Below, piece after piece: positions 1 through 11,500 of a stretch of DNA of 64,000 bases. Source of the DNA: Alphaproteobacteria bacterium (GTDB lineage Bacteria > Pseudomonadota > Alphaproteobacteria > Bin95); contig JAYNYG010000007.1 of assembly GCA_038102935.1 (NCBI GenBank), positions 39,270 to 103,269 of the forward strand, given 5' to 3'. Under the pieces are notes generated by a model that worked only from the letters and a program-made list of their open reading frames with translations, was not told the DNA's origin and ran no database searches. The first letter of the stretch is position 1. Every line of letters starts with the position of its first letter. Position numbers and translations under genes: made by a program.

Positions 1-1
1 A

Positions 2-421
2 GCTGTAACCACGGCGCCGAAGCCGGTTGACAATACTCAGGTTGCAGTCGCGCCGAGCTATCGCCCTGGTTCCCAGGAAGAATTGAACGAAACCATTGGC
101 GACCGGGTCATGTTCGGTTTTGACCGTTATGATCTTTCCCCTGAAGCCCGTGCGACAGTGGGCTCCTGGGCTGATTGGATGAAGACCAACCAGAATGTCG
201 CCCTCACCATTGAAGGCCATGCTGATGAGCGCGGCACGCGTGAGTACAACTTGGCGCTGGGCGCCCGCCGCGCCAACGCTGTCAAAGATTACATGACTGC
301 CCTTGGCGTCGCCTCCGGACGCCTGCAGACGGTGTCCTTCGGTAAGGAACGCCCTGCAGTTCTTGGCTCCAATGCTGATGCATGGGCTCAGAACCGCCGT
401 GCTGTCGCGGTGGTCCGCTAA
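2..421 (+). CDS. pal: OmpA-family peptidoglycan-associated lipoprotein Pal, 5' partial (frame is open from the window start)
   Basis: The C-terminal OmpA-like domain reads ...VMFGFDRYDLSPEARATV...IEGHADERGTREYNLALGARRANAVKDYM. The frame stays open back to nt 2. It is followed by cpoB and tilS, as in tol-pal loci. Confidence 0.8.
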   Translation, partial: AVTTAPKPVDNTQVAVAPSYRPGSQEELNETIGDRVMFGFDRYDLSPEARATVGSWADWMKTNQNVALTIEGHADERGTREYNLALGARRANAVKDYMTALGVASGRLQTVSFGKERPAVLGSNADAWAQNRRAVAVVR

Positions 422-492
422 GCTTGACGATATCGGCGGCGATCTTTCTGAACGCCATGATTAGGCCGCATTCCGGGGGCAAATTCCCGACC

Positions 493-1269
493 ATGCATAG
501 ATTGATCGCCGCCAGCCTGATTGCCGCCGCTCTAACGCTGACCGGTTTGGCCACGCCTCTGCTTGTCAGCGGGCCTGCCGCCGCACAGACAAAGCCGCCG
601 CAACCGGTCGATACAGACCGTGCTTACCGGCAGCGCGTTGAAGAACGCCTCTCCGGCATGGACTACCAAATGCGGACGCTGACCGGGCAGGTCGAGCAAC
701 TCCAATTCCGCCTGCGCCGGTCCGAGACGCTTGTCAAAAAGCTGAATGCTGAAGTCGCTGCGCTCAAAGCTGAAGTCGCTGACATCAAAAAGGCGCAGGC
801 TGCAGCGCCGCAGCCCGCCCCGGTGATGACCGCGACACCAGACGCGGCTAGCCCTGAAGCGCCTGCCGGAACGCTTCCATCTGGCGATGCGCAGGTAAAA
901 TACAACGAGGCGCAGGGCCTGCTCAGGGTTGGGCGGTTCAAAGAGGCAGAGGCCGCGTTCGTGTCCTTCCGCCGAACCTTCCCGGACCATCAACTTTCCG
1001 CCAACGCGCATTACTGGATGGGCGAAGCGCAATATGCGCAACAGCGTTACCAGGAAGCCGCAACCACATTCTTGGAAGCATGGCAGGAAGATACGCAGGG
1101 CCCTAAGGCGCCAGACAATATGTACAAGCTCGGCATGTCGATGCTAGCGCTGGAAAAGAAAGACGAAGCCTGCGCCAGCTTCGCAAAACTACTGAGCGAT
1201 TATCGCGGCGCCTCCCGCCGCATTCGTAATATGGCGACGCGCGAACGGAAGTCGCTTGAGTGCAGCTAA
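493..1269 (+). CDS. cpoB: Tol-Pal system protein CpoB/YbgF (signal peptide, coiled coil, C-terminal TPR)
   Basis: The signal peptide MHRLIAASLIAAALTLTGLATPLLVSGPAAAQT begins at the ATG at 493. A coiled-coil segment (QVEQLQFRLRRSETLVKKLNAEVAALKAEVADIK) is followed by TPR-like repeats (YNEAQGLLRVGRFKEAEAAF...HYWMGEAQYAQQRYQEAA). The longer ORF from 382 overlaps pal and was rejected. Confidence 0.8.
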   Translation: MHRLIAASLIAAALTLTGLATPLLVSGPAAAQTKPPQPVDTDRAYRQRVEERLSGMDYQMRTLTGQVEQLQFRLRRSETLVKKLNAEVAALKAEVADIKKAQAAAPQPAPVMTATPDAASPEAPAGTLPSGDAQVKYNEAQGLLRVGRFKEAEAAFVSFRRTFPDHQLSANAHYWMGEAQYAQQRYQEAATTFLEAWQEDTQGPKAPDNMYKLGMSMLALEKKDEACASFAKLLSDYRGASRRIRNMATRERKSLECS

Positions 1270-2638
1270 TCTAGCCGCCTCCCCTGCCGCCTTGCCAATA
1301 GACGACGATGCTTTTGCAGCCGCCATGGCGGCGCATGAGCCTTTCGAACGATCCCCTCTGCTTGCAGTCGCCGTTTCCGGCGGACCAGACAGTATGGCGC
1401 TCATCTGGCTCGCCGATCGTTGGGCGCGGGCAAGGGGCGGACGGGTATTCGCAATCATCATCGACCACGGCTTGCGCAGAGAATCCGCTGACGAAGCGCG
1501 CACCGCTGGCGACCAGCTAGAACACGCTGGGATCAGCGCCGAAGTCTGCGAAATTGCCAGCCCGTCGCCGCAGTCTGGCGTGCAGACTTGGGCGCGCGAT
1601 CAACGTTATCGATTGCTCAGGGATCGCGCACAGGCGGCAGGGGCGCTGCATCTTCTCCTGGCGCATCACCTGGATGATCAGGCGGAAACGGTGTTGCTTC
1701 GCTTGGCGCGCGGCAGCGGCGTAAAAGGGCTTTCTGCCATACGCGCGACATCGCCTGGGCCAGATGTCCGCCTTCTCCGCCCATTGCTCGACTTTCCAAA
1801 AGCGCGGCTGGCAGCGACAGCGCGAGCGACAGGTTGGACAATCGCGGATGACCCGAGCAACCGGGCCCCGAAATACGCACGGACACGGGTTCGCACTGCT
1901 CTAGCGGCGGTTGGGGGAGATGCTCAGCGCCTCGCCCGGACAGCATCCGCGCTTGCGAGCGACGATGTTGCAATCGAAAACGCAGTCGCAAAGCTCGCGG
2001 CTATAGCCGCCTCGATCTCGCCCTATGGCGTCGTGACGTTGGACAGAAAACTGCTCGTATCCGCTCCCACCTCTGTCAGCGCGCGACTGCTCGAACGCGC
2101 CACATGTATGGCTGCCGGAAACGCTGGTCCGATCCGGCGGTCAAGGATCGAGCGCCTCTTGGCGGAGGCTGCCGCTGAATCGCAAGCACGGCGCACCTGT
2201 GGCGGCGCCATCGTGAGCATTCGCGGGGATGCCATTACACTTTGCCGGGAACTGGCGAAGACGCCAGCGCCAGCGCCTGTCACGGCTCTTCGAAACGGTC
2301 TTTGGGATGGACGGTTCAGGCTTAGCACCGAATTGAACTGGCCTCAGAATGCCGCCGAACTCCACATCGGCCCACTCGGCTATACGGGCCTGCGCACCCT
2401 GGAAAATTCACGTGACGCCATATGCACGGCATTGCTTTCACGCATGTTTTCGGCGGGGTTAACGCGCCAGGCGATTGCAGGGCTTCCGGCCATCACAAAA
2501 GCTGGAGGCTTAGCCGGTCTTAGTACTTTTGAGCCTCCGCCTGCCGCAGATGGACCAATCACGCCATTTTGTGATATAAGACACATTCCTATGCGCTTTG
2601 TACCGGCGATATCGTTTACGGTCACAGGCTCTTGTTAA
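1256..2638 (+). CDS. tilS: tRNA(Ile)-lysidine synthetase TilS
   Basis: PP-loop motif AVSGGPDSMAL, 460 aa, positioned between cpoB and ftsH (conserved synteny). The TTG start at 1256 has a GGAAG 6 nt upstream. An alternative ATG start lies at 1325. Confidence 0.8.
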   Translation: MSAANLAASPAALPIDDDAFAAAMAAHEPFERSPLLAVAVSGGPDSMALIWLADRWARARGGRVFAIIIDHGLRRESADEARTAGDQLEHAGISAEVCEIASPSPQSGVQTWARDQRYRLLRDRAQAAGALHLLLAHHLDDQAETVLLRLARGSGVKGLSAIRATSPGPDVRLLRPLLDFPKARLAATARATGWTIADDPSNRAPKYARTRVRTALAAVGGDAQRLARTASALASDDVAIENAVAKLAAIAASISPYGVVTLDRKLLVSAPTSVSARLLERATCMAAGNAGPIRRSRIERLLAEAAAESQARRTCGGAIVSIRGDAITLCRELAKTPAPAPVTALRNGLWDGRFRLSTELNWPQNAAELHIGPLGYTGLRTLENSRDAICTALLSRMFSAGLTRQAIAGLPAITKAGGLAGLSTFEPPPAADGPITPFCDIRHIPMRFVPAISFTVTGSC

Positions 2639-2738
2639 TTCTCCTCGCCGCCTTATCTGTTTGACAAGGCGGCGTTAGCCATTTCCCAGTCGGCTTTCTT
2701 GGGGCTGATGACAGGCTTTTTATGATTGTGAGGCGGTC

Positions 2739-4670
2739 TTGAACGGCATTTCGAAAAATATGCTCATCTGGGCAGCGATCTTCCTGGCGCTGGTGCTGTT
2801 GTTCCAGGCGTTCCAGGGCGGTTCTATGGGCGGCTCCGCCCAGAAAATGGACTATTCTGAGTTCGTGAGCGCCGTAGAGAACGGGCGTGTGCAGGCCGTT
2901 GAAATCAAAGGCCGCACCGTTACCGGGCAAACCAGCGATGGCCGCAGCTTTACGACCTATACGCCAGATGACCCGCAGCTTGTGAATCGTCTCATCGAAT
3001 CTGGCGTCAAAGTGTCCGCTGGTCCTGCCGAAGAAAACCGGCTGTTCAGCGTCTTGTTGAATTGGTTCCCGATGCTGTTGCTGATCGGCGTATGGATTTA
3101 CTTCATGCGCAATATGCAAGGCGGCGGCGGTCGAGCCATGGGCTTCGGCAAATCGAAAGCCAAGCTGCTGACGGAAAAATCCGGGCGCGTCACCTTTGAA
3201 GACGTCGCCGGCATTGAGGAAGCGAAGACTGAGCTTGTCGAAATCGTTGAATTCCTGCGCGATCCGCAGAAATTCCAGCGTCTTGGCGGCCAAATCCCGA
3301 AGGGTTGCTTGCTCGTCGGTCCTCCAGGCACCGGTAAAACGCTGCTAGCGCGCGCGATCGCTGGCGAAGCGAATGTGCCGTTCTTCACGATCTCCGGTTC
3401 TGACTTCGTTGAGATGTTTGTCGGCGTCGGCGCCAGCCGTGTCCGCGATATGTTTGAGCAAGGCAAGAAAAACGCGCCCTGCATCATCTTCATTGACGAA
3501 ATTGACGCTGTCGGTCGCCATCGCGGCGCCGGGCTTGGCGGCGGCAATGACGAACGCGAGCAGACTTTGAACCAACTCCTCGTGGAGATGGATGGGTTTG
3601 AAGCCAATGAAGGCGTGATCCTGATCGCCGCCACCAACCGCCCGGATGTTCTGGACCCTGCGCTGCTGCGCCCAGGCCGCTTTGACCGTCAGGTCGTTGT
3701 GCCGAACCCGGATATCCGTGGCCGTGAGCAGATCCTGAAAGTCCATCTGCGCAAAGTGCCCATTGGGTCTGACGTGGACGCCCGCGTGATCGCGCGCGGC
3801 ACCCCTGGATTCTCCGGCGCGGACTTGGCAAATCTGGTCAATGAGGCAGCGCTCCTGGCCGCTAGGCGCAATAAACGCACCGTCAACATGGCTGAAATGG
3901 AAGACGCTAAAGACAAAGTCATGATGGGCGCTGAACGTCGCTCCATGGTGATGACGGATGACGAGAAGAAGCTGACCGCCTATCACGAGGCTGGCCATGC
4001 CGTCGTCATGCTGCATGTCAAAGGCCATGAGCCGCTGCACAAGGTCACCATCATCCCGCGCGGGCGGGCGCTCGGCCTCGCTATGTATCTGCCGGAACGG
4101 GATCGCTTGTCCCAATCTATTACGGAAATACGGGCGCTGATCGCCAGCGCATTTGGCGGACGCGTCGCGGAAGAGATGATCTTCGGCGCAGAGAACGTCA
4201 CGACCGGCGCCTCGCAGGACATCAAAGTGGCGACGCAATATGCCCGCCGCCTCGTCACGGAATTCGGCTTCTCAGACAAGCTCGGGCCGCTGCGCTATGC
4301 GGATAATGAGGAAGAAGTGTTCCTTGGCCACTCGGTGGCGCAACGCAAGAATGTGTCCGATGCGACGGCGGCGGTGATCGACGAAGAAACGCGCCGGTTC
4401 GTTGAGGAAGGCGAGGCGGAAGCCAAGCGCATTCTCGAAGAATACAACAGCGAGCTGATCTTAGTAGCCGAAGCGCTGCTAGAGCATGAAACGCTGGATC
4501 GCGCTGACATTGACGCGTTGCTGCGCGGTGAAACAATCGATCGGCCTGATCCGCCGGAGCCCCCCGTTAGCGCCAATCCTGGCGGCGGCGGTCCGCGCGC
4601 CTCCATTCCAACGGGCGGTCGGCGGAAGCCAACGCCGGACACGGACCCAGAGCCGCAGCCTGGCGGTTAG
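2739..4670 (+). CDS. ftsH: ATP-dependent zinc metalloprotease FtsH
   Basis: Two N-terminal TM segments, Walker A GPPGTGKT, second region of homology, and the HEAGHA zinc-binding motif. The TTG start has a GTGAGGCGG ribosome-binding site. Confidence 0.95.
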   Translation: MNGISKNMLIWAAIFLALVLLFQAFQGGSMGGSAQKMDYSEFVSAVENGRVQAVEIKGRTVTGQTSDGRSFTTYTPDDPQLVNRLIESGVKVSAGPAEENRLFSVLLNWFPMLLLIGVWIYFMRNMQGGGGRAMGFGKSKAKLLTEKSGRVTFEDVAGIEEAKTELVEIVEFLRDPQKFQRLGGQIPKGCLLVGPPGTGKTLLARAIAGEANVPFFTISGSDFVEMFVGVGASRVRDMFEQGKKNAPCIIFIDEIDAVGRHRGAGLGGGNDEREQTLNQLLVEMDGFEANEGVILIAATNRPDVLDPALLRPGRFDRQVVVPNPDIRGREQILKVHLRKVPIGSDVDARVIARGTPGFSGADLANLVNEAALLAARRNKRTVNMAEMEDAKDKVMMGAERRSMVMTDDEKKLTAYHEAGHAVVMLHVKGHEPLHKVTIIPRGRALGLAMYLPERDRLSQSITEIRALIASAFGGRVAEEMIFGAENVTTGASQDIKVATQYARRLVTEFGFSDKLGPLRYADNEEEVFLGHSVAQRKNVSDATAAVIDEETRRFVEEGEAEAKRILEEYNSELILVAEALLEHETLDRADIDALLRGETIDRPDPPEPPVSANPGGGGPRASIPTGGRRKPTPDTDPEPQPGG

Positions 4671-4722
4671 GGCCACTGGGCGCTTGATCAAGCGTCACAA
4701 ATTCTTAGGACTATACGGATAA

Positions 4723-4753
4723 GCCTCTGCAAGATATCTTGCAGGGGCTTTTT
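4723..4753 (+). terminator. Rho-independent terminator after ftsH
   Basis: GC-rich perfect 12-bp stem (GCCTCTGCAAGA-TA-TCTTGCAGGGGC, centred on GATATC) followed directly by TTTTT. Confidence 0.7.
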
Positions 4754-4805
4754 CGTGATGCCCGCGCGAATAGGATTCGCCGTGCTTAGCCATAGAGGGG
4801 GAGTT

Positions 4806-5186
4806 ATGGCAGCAGACAATCGTCCGCTATCACCGCATCTTCAGGTCTACCGTCCGGAATGGACGTCCGTCCTGTCGATCTTGCATCGCGCCACAGGATG
4901 CGCATCCGCCATTGGCGCCGTCTATCTCGCCTGGTGGCTTGTAGCCGCCGCGACGGGCGGCGAATATTTCGAAAGCTTCCAGGGCTTTGCCGGCTCATTC
5001 GTCGGCTACATTATCTTTGCTGGGTTCAGCTTCTCGGTGATGTATCACCTCTGCAACGGCATCCGGCATCTCGTTTGGGATACGGGCCGTGGGCTGGAAC
5101 TCGAAGACGCCTATAAATCCGGATTGATCGTCGTTGCAGCATCGATTGTGCTGACGCTGATCATCTGGATTACAGCGCTGGCATAG
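4806..5186 (+). CDS. sdhC: Succinate dehydrogenase cytochrome b556 subunit
   Basis: MAADNRPLSPHLQVYRPEW followed by three TM helices. The ATG at 4806 has a GAGGGGGAG ribosome-binding site. The upstream GTG at 4755 abuts the terminator T-run and was rejected. Confidence 0.85.
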   Translation: MAADNRPLSPHLQVYRPEWTSVLSILHRATGCASAIGAVYLAWWLVAAATGGEYFESFQGFAGSFVGYIIFAGFSFSVMYHLCNGIRHLVWDTGRGLELEDAYKSGLIVVAASIVLTLIIWITALA

Positions 5187-5198
5187 GGGGAGCGCGAT

Positions 5199-5573
5199 AT
5201 GATCAACCCACTCGCCCGCGTACGCGGCCTCGGCTCCGCCAAAGAAGGCACCCATCACTGGATCGGCCAACGCATGACCGCCGTCGCGCTTGTGCCGCTC
5301 GTGCTTTGGTTCATGTGCAGCCTCGTCGGCCTGATGGGCGCAGATTTGGCTGAGATCAAAGATTGGATGTCATCACCGTTCAACGCTGTGCTGACCGCCT
5401 GTCTTCTGATCGCCGGGTTCCACCACGCGCAGCTCGGTTTGCAGGTGGTGATTGAGGACTATATCCATGGGCATGGCTGCAAGATCGTCGCGATCTGGCT
5501 GACCAAGGGCCTCGCCTTTTTCTTTGGCGCGGCTGCCGTTTTCTCCGTCGTCAAGCTCGCAGTTGGAGGCTGA
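5199..5573 (+). CDS. sdhD: Succinate dehydrogenase hydrophobic membrane anchor subunit
   Basis: Small three-TM protein with HHWIGQR, between sdhC and sdhA. Confidence 0.85.
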   Translation: MINPLARVRGLGSAKEGTHHWIGQRMTAVALVPLVLWFMCSLVGLMGADLAEIKDWMSSPFNAVLTACLLIAGFHHAQLGLQVVIEDYIHGHGCKIVAIWLTKGLAFFFGAAAVFSVVKLAVGG

Positions 5574-5576
5574 TCG

Positions 5577-7367
5577 ATGACCGAAGCTTATAAAATTGTA
5601 GATCACACCTATGACGTTGTTGTCGTCGGCGCTGGCGGCGCTGGCCTCCGCGCCACCTTCGGCTGCGTACAAGCGGGGCTCAGCACCGCCTGCGTGACGA
5701 AGGTGTTTCCAACCCGCAGCCACACGGTCGCGGCTCAGGGCGGCATCGCCGCCAGCCTCGCCAATATGTCGGAAGACAATTGGAAATGGCACATGTACGA
5801 CACCGTCAAAGGGTCGGACTGGCTGGGCGACCAGGACGCTATTGAATACATGGTGCGCCAGGCGGTGCCTTCCGTCGTGGAACTTGAGCATTACGGCCTG
5901 CCGTTCAGCCGCACGCCAGAGGGCAAGATTTATCAGCGCCCGTTCGGCGGCCATATGCGGAATTTCGGCGAGACGCCAGCGCAACGCGTCGCCGCCGCTG
6001 CAGACCGCACCGGCCATGCGCTGCTGCATACGCTTTATCAGCAGAGCCTCCGCCATAACGCGGAATTCTTCATCGAATACTTCGCCATTGATCTGATCAT
6101 GGATGATGAAGGCGTATGCCGCGGCGTCGTCGCCTGGAACTTGGATGACGGCACGATGCACCGCTTCAAGGCGCAGACGGTCATTTTAGCGACGGGCGGT
6201 TATGGTCGCTCCTACTTCTCCTGCACATCCGCCCATACCTGCACCGGTGACGGCAACGGCATGGCGGCGCGGGCAGGCCTGCCGAACCAGGATATGGAAT
6301 TCGTGCAGTTCCATCCAACCGGCATCTATGGCGCTGGTTGCCTCATCACCGAAGGCGTGCGCGGCGAGGGCGGGTATCTTACGAACTCCGAAGGCGAGCG
6401 CTTTATGGAGCGCTATGCGCCGACCGCGAAGGACCTCGCCAGCCGTGATGTCGTCGCCCGCTCGATGACCGTCGAAATCCGTGAAGGTCGCGGCGTCGGC
6501 GGCGGGTCGGATCATATCCACCTCCACCTAGAGCATCTCGGCCAGGAAGTTCTGGATCAGCGCCTGCCCGGGATCACCGAAACCGCGAAAATTTTCGCGG
6601 GCGTCGATGCCGCCAAGGAACCGATTCCTGTGCTGCCGACCGTCCATTACAACATGGGCGGCGTACCGACGAACTATCACGGCCAGGTGCTGCGCCCGAC
6701 TTCGGAAAACCCCGGCGCCATTGTCGAGGGCCTGATGGCGGTCGGCGAATGCGCCAGCGTATCCGTCCATGGCGCAAACCGCTTGGGCGCGAATTCGCTG
6801 CTTGATCTGGTGGTGTTTGGCCGTGCAGCGGGCATCTTCTGCGGCGAGAACCTGAAAGCGGGCGCCACGCAGCCAGAGCTGCAGGCCGACGCGGATGAGT
6901 TGGCTCTAAGCCGCCTCGACCGCCTCCGCCATGCCAATGGCTCCACCATGACCGCCGAAATTCGGGACGGCATGCAGCGCACGATGCAGAACAACGCAGC
7001 GGTCTTCCGGACCTCCGCCGTTCTGGAAGAAGGCTGCAAGCTGATGGATCAGCAAGCCGGCGCGCTTGAGGATATCCAGGTGAATGACCGATCGCTGGTC
7101 TGGAACTCGGACCTCGTTGAAGCGCTGGAGCTTGAGAATCTGATGGATTGCGCGTTGGTCACCATCTTCGGCGCAGAAGCCCGGCATGAAAGCCGCGGCG
7201 CCCATGCCCACGAAGATTATCCGGACCGGAATGACGGCGATTGGATGAAACACACGCTGGCCTACGTGGATGAACACCACAAAGTCCGCTTGGACTATCG
7301 CCCCGTCCACGCATTCACCCTTTCGGACGATATAGACTATATCGAGCCGAAAGAGCGCGTGTACTAA
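5577..7367 (+). CDS. sdhA: Succinate dehydrogenase flavoprotein subunit
   Basis: FAD dinucleotide fold [13 protein letters not shown], covalent-FAD histidine context [10 protein letters not shown], 596 aa. Confidence 0.95.
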   Translation: MTEAYKIVDHTYDVVVVGAGGAGLRATFGCVQAGLSTACVTKVFPTRSHTVAAQGGIAASLANMSEDNWKWHMYDTVKGSDWLGDQDAIEYMVRQAVPSVVELEHYGLPFSRTPEGKIYQRPFGGHMRNFGETPAQRVAAAADRTGHALLHTLYQQSLRHNAEFFIEYFAIDLIMDDEGVCRGVVAWNLDDGTMHRFKAQTVILATGGYGRSYFSCTSAHTCTGDGNGMAARAGLPNQDMEFVQFHPTGIYGAGCLITEGVRGEGGYLTNSEGERFMERYAPTAKDLASRDVVARSMTVEIREGRGVGGGSDHIHLHLEHLGQEVLDQRLPGITETAKIFAGVDAAKEPIPVLPTVHYNMGGVPTNYHGQVLRPTSENPGAIVEGLMAVGECASVSVHGANRLGANSLLDLVVFGRAAGIFCGENLKAGATQPELQADADELALSRLDRLRHANGSTMTAEIRDGMQRTMQNNAAVFRTSAVLEEGCKLMDQQAGALEDIQVNDRSLVWNSDLVEALELENLMDCALVTIFGAEARHESRGAHAHEDYPDRNDGDWMKHTLAYVDEHHKVRLDYRPVHAFTLSDDIDYIEPKERVY

Positions 7368-7384
7368 GGCAGGAGGATAGAGCA

Positions 7385-8167
7385 ATGGCTGAATTTACTC
7401 TGCCGAAGAACTCCAAGGTCGGCGAAGGCAAGAAACACGCGGCTCCGCCGGGCGCTGCGCGGACAAAAGGCTTCCGCATTTACCGCTGGTCGCCGGATGA
7501 CGACAAGAACCCTGAGATCGATACCTTCGATCTTGATCTGGATGATTGCGGGCCAATGGTCCTCGATGCGCTCATCAAGATTAAGAATGAAGTCGACTCG
7601 ACCGTCACCTTCCGCCGATCCTGCCGCGAAGGCATCTGCGGTTCCTGCGCCATGAATATTGACGGCACGAATACGCTGGCCTGCCTGAAACCGATTGATG
7701 AGGTAAAGGGCGATGTCAAAGTCTACCCACTGCCGCATATGCCGGTGGTCAAAGACCTTGTGCCCGATGTCAGCCAAATCTATGCGCAGTTGGCGTCGAT
7801 TGAACCTTGGCTGAAAACCGTCACCCCGGCCCCGCCCGATGGCGAGCGCCTGCAAAGCCCAGAAGATCGCGCCAAGCTGGACGGCCTTTGGGAATGCATC
7901 CTCTGCTTCTGCTGCTCGACGTCCTGCCCCAGCTATTGGTGGAACGGCGACCGCTATCTCGGCCCCGCGATCCTGCTGCAAGCCTATCGCTGGCTCGCAG
8001 ACAGCCGGGACGAGGCCAAAGGCGAGCGCTTGGATGACCTGGAAGACCCCTTCCGCCTCTATCGCTGCCACACCATCATGAACTGCACAAAGACCTGCCC
8101 CAAAGGCTTGAACCCGGCCAAAGCCATCGCCGAAATCAAGAAAATGATGGTCGAACGGCAAGGCTAG
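7385..8167 (+). CDS. sdhB: Succinate dehydrogenase iron-sulfur subunit
   Basis: 2Fe-2S cysteines [15 protein letters not shown], plus 4Fe-4S and 3Fe-4S cysteine clusters ([12 protein letters not shown] ... [14 protein letters not shown]). Confidence 0.95.
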   Translation: MAEFTLPKNSKVGEGKKHAAPPGAARTKGFRIYRWSPDDDKNPEIDTFDLDLDDCGPMVLDALIKIKNEVDSTVTFRRSCREGICGSCAMNIDGTNTLACLKPIDEVKGDVKVYPLPHMPVVKDLVPDVSQIYAQLASIEPWLKTVTPAPPDGERLQSPEDRAKLDGLWECILCFCCSTSCPSYWWNGDRYLGPAILLQAYRWLADSRDEAKGERLDDLEDPFRLYRCHTIMNCTKTCPKGLNPAKAIAEIKKMMVERQG

Positions 8168-8185
8168 CGTTTCGGGCTACCCCCC

Positions 8186-8542
8186 GTGGGTGATACCGAT
8201 CACGCCTATGATGATGCGTTCGTCGCGGAACAGATGGCGGCGCTTGAGGCGAAGCGAACAGAATTGCGGGCGCTGGATGATGATACATCCGGCGCCCGCG
8301 CTGCTGTAGAGCTTGATCAAACCCGCGTAGGCCGCCTCTCCCGCATTGACGCGATGCAGGGCCAAGCTATGGCGCAGGAACAGCAGCGCCGCCGCCGCCA
8401 AGAAGTATTCCGCATCAACTCGGCGTTACAGCGCATCACTGATGGCGAATACGGCTGGTGCCTAAAATGCGGCGACGCCGTCGCAGAAGCCCGCTTGCGC
8501 AGTGACCCCGCCGCCCCACTCTGCATCGATTGCGCCAGCTAG
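8186..8542 (+). CDS. DksA/TraR-family C4-type zinc-finger protein
   Basis: 118 aa with a helical N-terminus and C-terminal CLKCGDAV...CIDCAS (CxxC-N17-CxxC). Confidence 0.75.
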   Translation: MGDTDHAYDDAFVAEQMAALEAKRTELRALDDDTSGARAAVELDQTRVGRLSRIDAMQGQAMAQEQQRRRRQEVFRINSALQRITDGEYGWCLKCGDAVAEARLRSDPAAPLCIDCAS

Positions 8543-11500
8543 ATCAATATGAAATCATCCGCCGCCAGATCCGCTTCAAGCACGCTAAGCAAGCGGACCT
8601 GATCGATCCCGCCAAGCGCAATCGTTGCGGCGCCGTTGATATCCGTTGTCGCGGCCTGGACGGCTGCGAAATCTGCAAAGCCATGGGCGACGAGGTTGAT
8701 CTGGCCTTCTGCCGTGTTGAAGTCTGTGATCGAATCGCGACCCGGCGTAGCGCCCAGAACGAAAATATCCGCGCCCTGCTGGCCGCTGACAACGTCATTC
8801 CCGGCCTCGCCATCAATCACATCGGCGCCGGAATTGCCGAAGATGCGGTCATTGCCTGCACCGCCGTTGATCACGTCATTGCCGACGAGACCGACGAGTT
8901 TGTCATTACCGCCTTCGCCAGAGATCGCATCCGGCGAGTTGATTTTGTTAGCGCCGGTGATGCGGTTCACTTGATCGTTGCCGGTTAGCGTCAGCCCAAC
9001 AGCAGCGAACTTGCCGACGAGGAATTCGACTTCCAATGGATTCACAAAATCTGCGAATGCATTGATGCGGTCAGAGCCGCCTTCGCCTGCCTGCTCCGTC
9101 ACCGTGTCATTGGAATCATCGACTGTGTAGAGATCATTGCCAGCGCCGCCGGTCAGCGTATCGGCGCCGTTTTGGCCAAGCAGGGTATCAACGCCGCTGC
9201 TACCGTTCAGTTCATCATCGCCATCCCGCCCGCGGATCAGGTCATTGAAGAGCGAGCCGTTTATGATGTTGTCAGCCGCATTGCCATTGCCTTCATTCGG
9301 GCCCGTGTCGCGCCCGAGGTTCAGGTTCTCGAAATTGTCCGGCAGGTCGAAATCGAACACGGTCGTGACGGTGTCGATACCTTCGCCCGCCGCTTCACTG
9401 ATCACATCATTCTCGTCGCCAGCGGCGATTAGGAGATAGGTATCGTCGCCAAGGCCACCTGCAAGCGTATCGAGCCCAAGGCCCCCTTGCAGCGTATCGT
9501 CCCCGCCGGCGCCATTGAGCGTATCAGCTGCGGACCCGCCTGCGATGGCCTCCCCGCCTGCGCCGCCGGTCAGCACCGTCCCCAAATCATCGAGCTGAAT
9601 GACCTCAACCGATTGGAAGAGCGTCAACGCCGAAAGATCAGCAATGCCGCCGCCAGAAAGCTCTAGCCTGTCCGATCCGCCGCCGCCGTCAAAACTATCT
9701 CCGGCGGAGAGGTTTGCGGTTGTCAGTACAATCCGATCATCGCCAGCGCCGCCAAATACGGTGTCTTCGCCCTCATCGGTCATCAGCAAGTCCGCGCCGT
9801 CGCCGCCGCTCAGCCGGTCGTCGCCAGCGAAGCCGCGCAGAATATCGTCGCCGTCGCGGCCGAAGGCGCGGTCGTCGCCGTCATGGCCAAGCGCCATATC
9901 ACCGCCATCGCCGCCATTCAGATTATCATCGCCAACGCCGCCGCGCAGAATGTCATCCCCGCCAGCGCCAAATATTCCGTTCGCGAAGCTGTCGCCGGTG
10001 AAGTCGTCATCGACGGCGTTGGTCCCTTTGATGCTCAGATTCCCGTTCGGATCAGACCCGAAGACGACATAGGCGGCGCCAGTCACGTTCACGCCGTACT
10101 GATTGACAGCGCGTGGCGCGCCGATGGCGATATCCGCCAGTCCATCGCCATTTACGTCGCCGCTAATCGACACGGATTCTCCCGTGTAGTCATTGTTTGT
10201 AACGCCGCCGAGCACGATGCCTTCAGTGGCGTCAAGGTCTGCCAAATCAAACACTGCGCCAGCGGGGGCGTCCGCGGCGCCGAAGACAACAGTCGCGTCG
10301 CCGGTGCGAACGCCGTTATAAAGGCTGGATTTGCCGCCGATGATGAGGTCATCAAAACCGTCGCCATTCACGTCGCCGCCGCCGCTCACCACCGATGTTT
10401 GGAATGTTTGCGCCTGCGCGCCGTCAATCCTGAAACCTTGAGAGGCATCTAACGCATCAACGTCTACCGTCGCGCCGACGAAGTTTTCATGGCCGAAGAT
10501 GACATAATTCGCTCCGGCATTCACTCTGCCCTGCAAGTTCGCTGCCGGCGCCGTCATGACAAAATCATCGAATCCGTCGCTGTTTATGTCGCCGGCGGCG
10601 GAGACATGTGTGCCGATATTGTCTCTCAAATTACCGGTAAATTGGATGCCGTCTGTTCCATCGACATCGATAAGATCCAGCGTCGCTTGAAACCCGGTCG
10701 CTTTGCCGAAAATGAGATAAGTAGCGCCATCTCCGATCCCGAAGCCCGGCGCGCCTACAAGAAGGTCGTCGAATCCGTCACCGTTAAAGTCTCCGGCAGA
10801 ACCAACGTCCCGGCCTGCGACATGGTTCTGAGCGGCGTTGTTCAAGTCGGCATTCGGATCGCCGCCGAGCAAGCGAAATCCTTCGACGCCATCTAGAGAT
10901 TGCAGGTCAAAATCAGCTAGGCGCCCCGCACTTGTTCCGAATACGACAAACGCTTCTCCGGCATTGCTCCGGCCGTCGGGCGAAGTCGCCCGGACGCCAA
11001 CGATAATGTCGTCAATGCCGTCGCCGTTTATATCGCCCGCATTGCCGACTGATTCGCCAACCCCATCGCCGGGGTCAAATCCTGGCAGGGTGAATCCTTC
11101 CGCGCCATCAGCTTCGTTTATGTCGAAGCCGATACCTCCTGCGGAAAGTGCGGCAAGGCCTGCAGCGTCAGCGCCGAAAATGACGGTAGCCTCGCCAGCG
11201 GAGCCTAAGCCGCCTGGGTCAGCGCTGATGGAGCCGAAGACGAAGTCATCTCTGCCGTCGCCATTGAAATCGCCGCCCGGCCCAATGCTGTTGACCTGCC
11301 TGCCAATCGCATCGCTATTCGCTGCCCCGTCCAAGCGCACAAAATTCGCGCCATCCAGGTTCCCAAGATCGACGATAGCATCGCCGCCATTGCCGAAGAC
11401 GATATATATCTCGCCAGCGCCGCCGCGCCCGTCGGGATCAGCGTTCGGCGCGCTGACGGCAAGATCATCTAGACCGTCGTCGTTGAAATCCCCAAAGATC

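Noticed and set aside
382-492. Upstream extension of cpoB (start at 382) overlapping pal by 40 nt.
   Set aside because: The signal peptide begins at the ATG at 493. The extension is out of character (MGSEPPCCRGG...).
2638-2739. Hairpin CGCCGCCTT-N11-AAGGCGGCG in the tilS-ftsH spacer as a terminator or regulatory RNA.
   Set aside because: No following U-tract. It is more likely part of the ftsH promoter or leader, with insufficient evidence.
3345-4238. 297-aa antisense ORF inside ftsH. Many similar ORFs of 60-240 aa lie antisense to sdhA, the RTX gene, leuS, hyuA/B and others.
   Set aside because: Long stop-free antisense frames are expected in GC-rich DNA of this kind. They overlap well-supported conserved genes, lack ribosome-binding sites and have low-complexity R/P/A-rich translations.
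4755-4805. GTG start for sdhC at 4755.
   Set aside because: It directly abuts the terminator T-run. The ATG at 4806 has a strong GAGGGGGAG ribosome-binding site and gives the conserved SdhC N-terminus.
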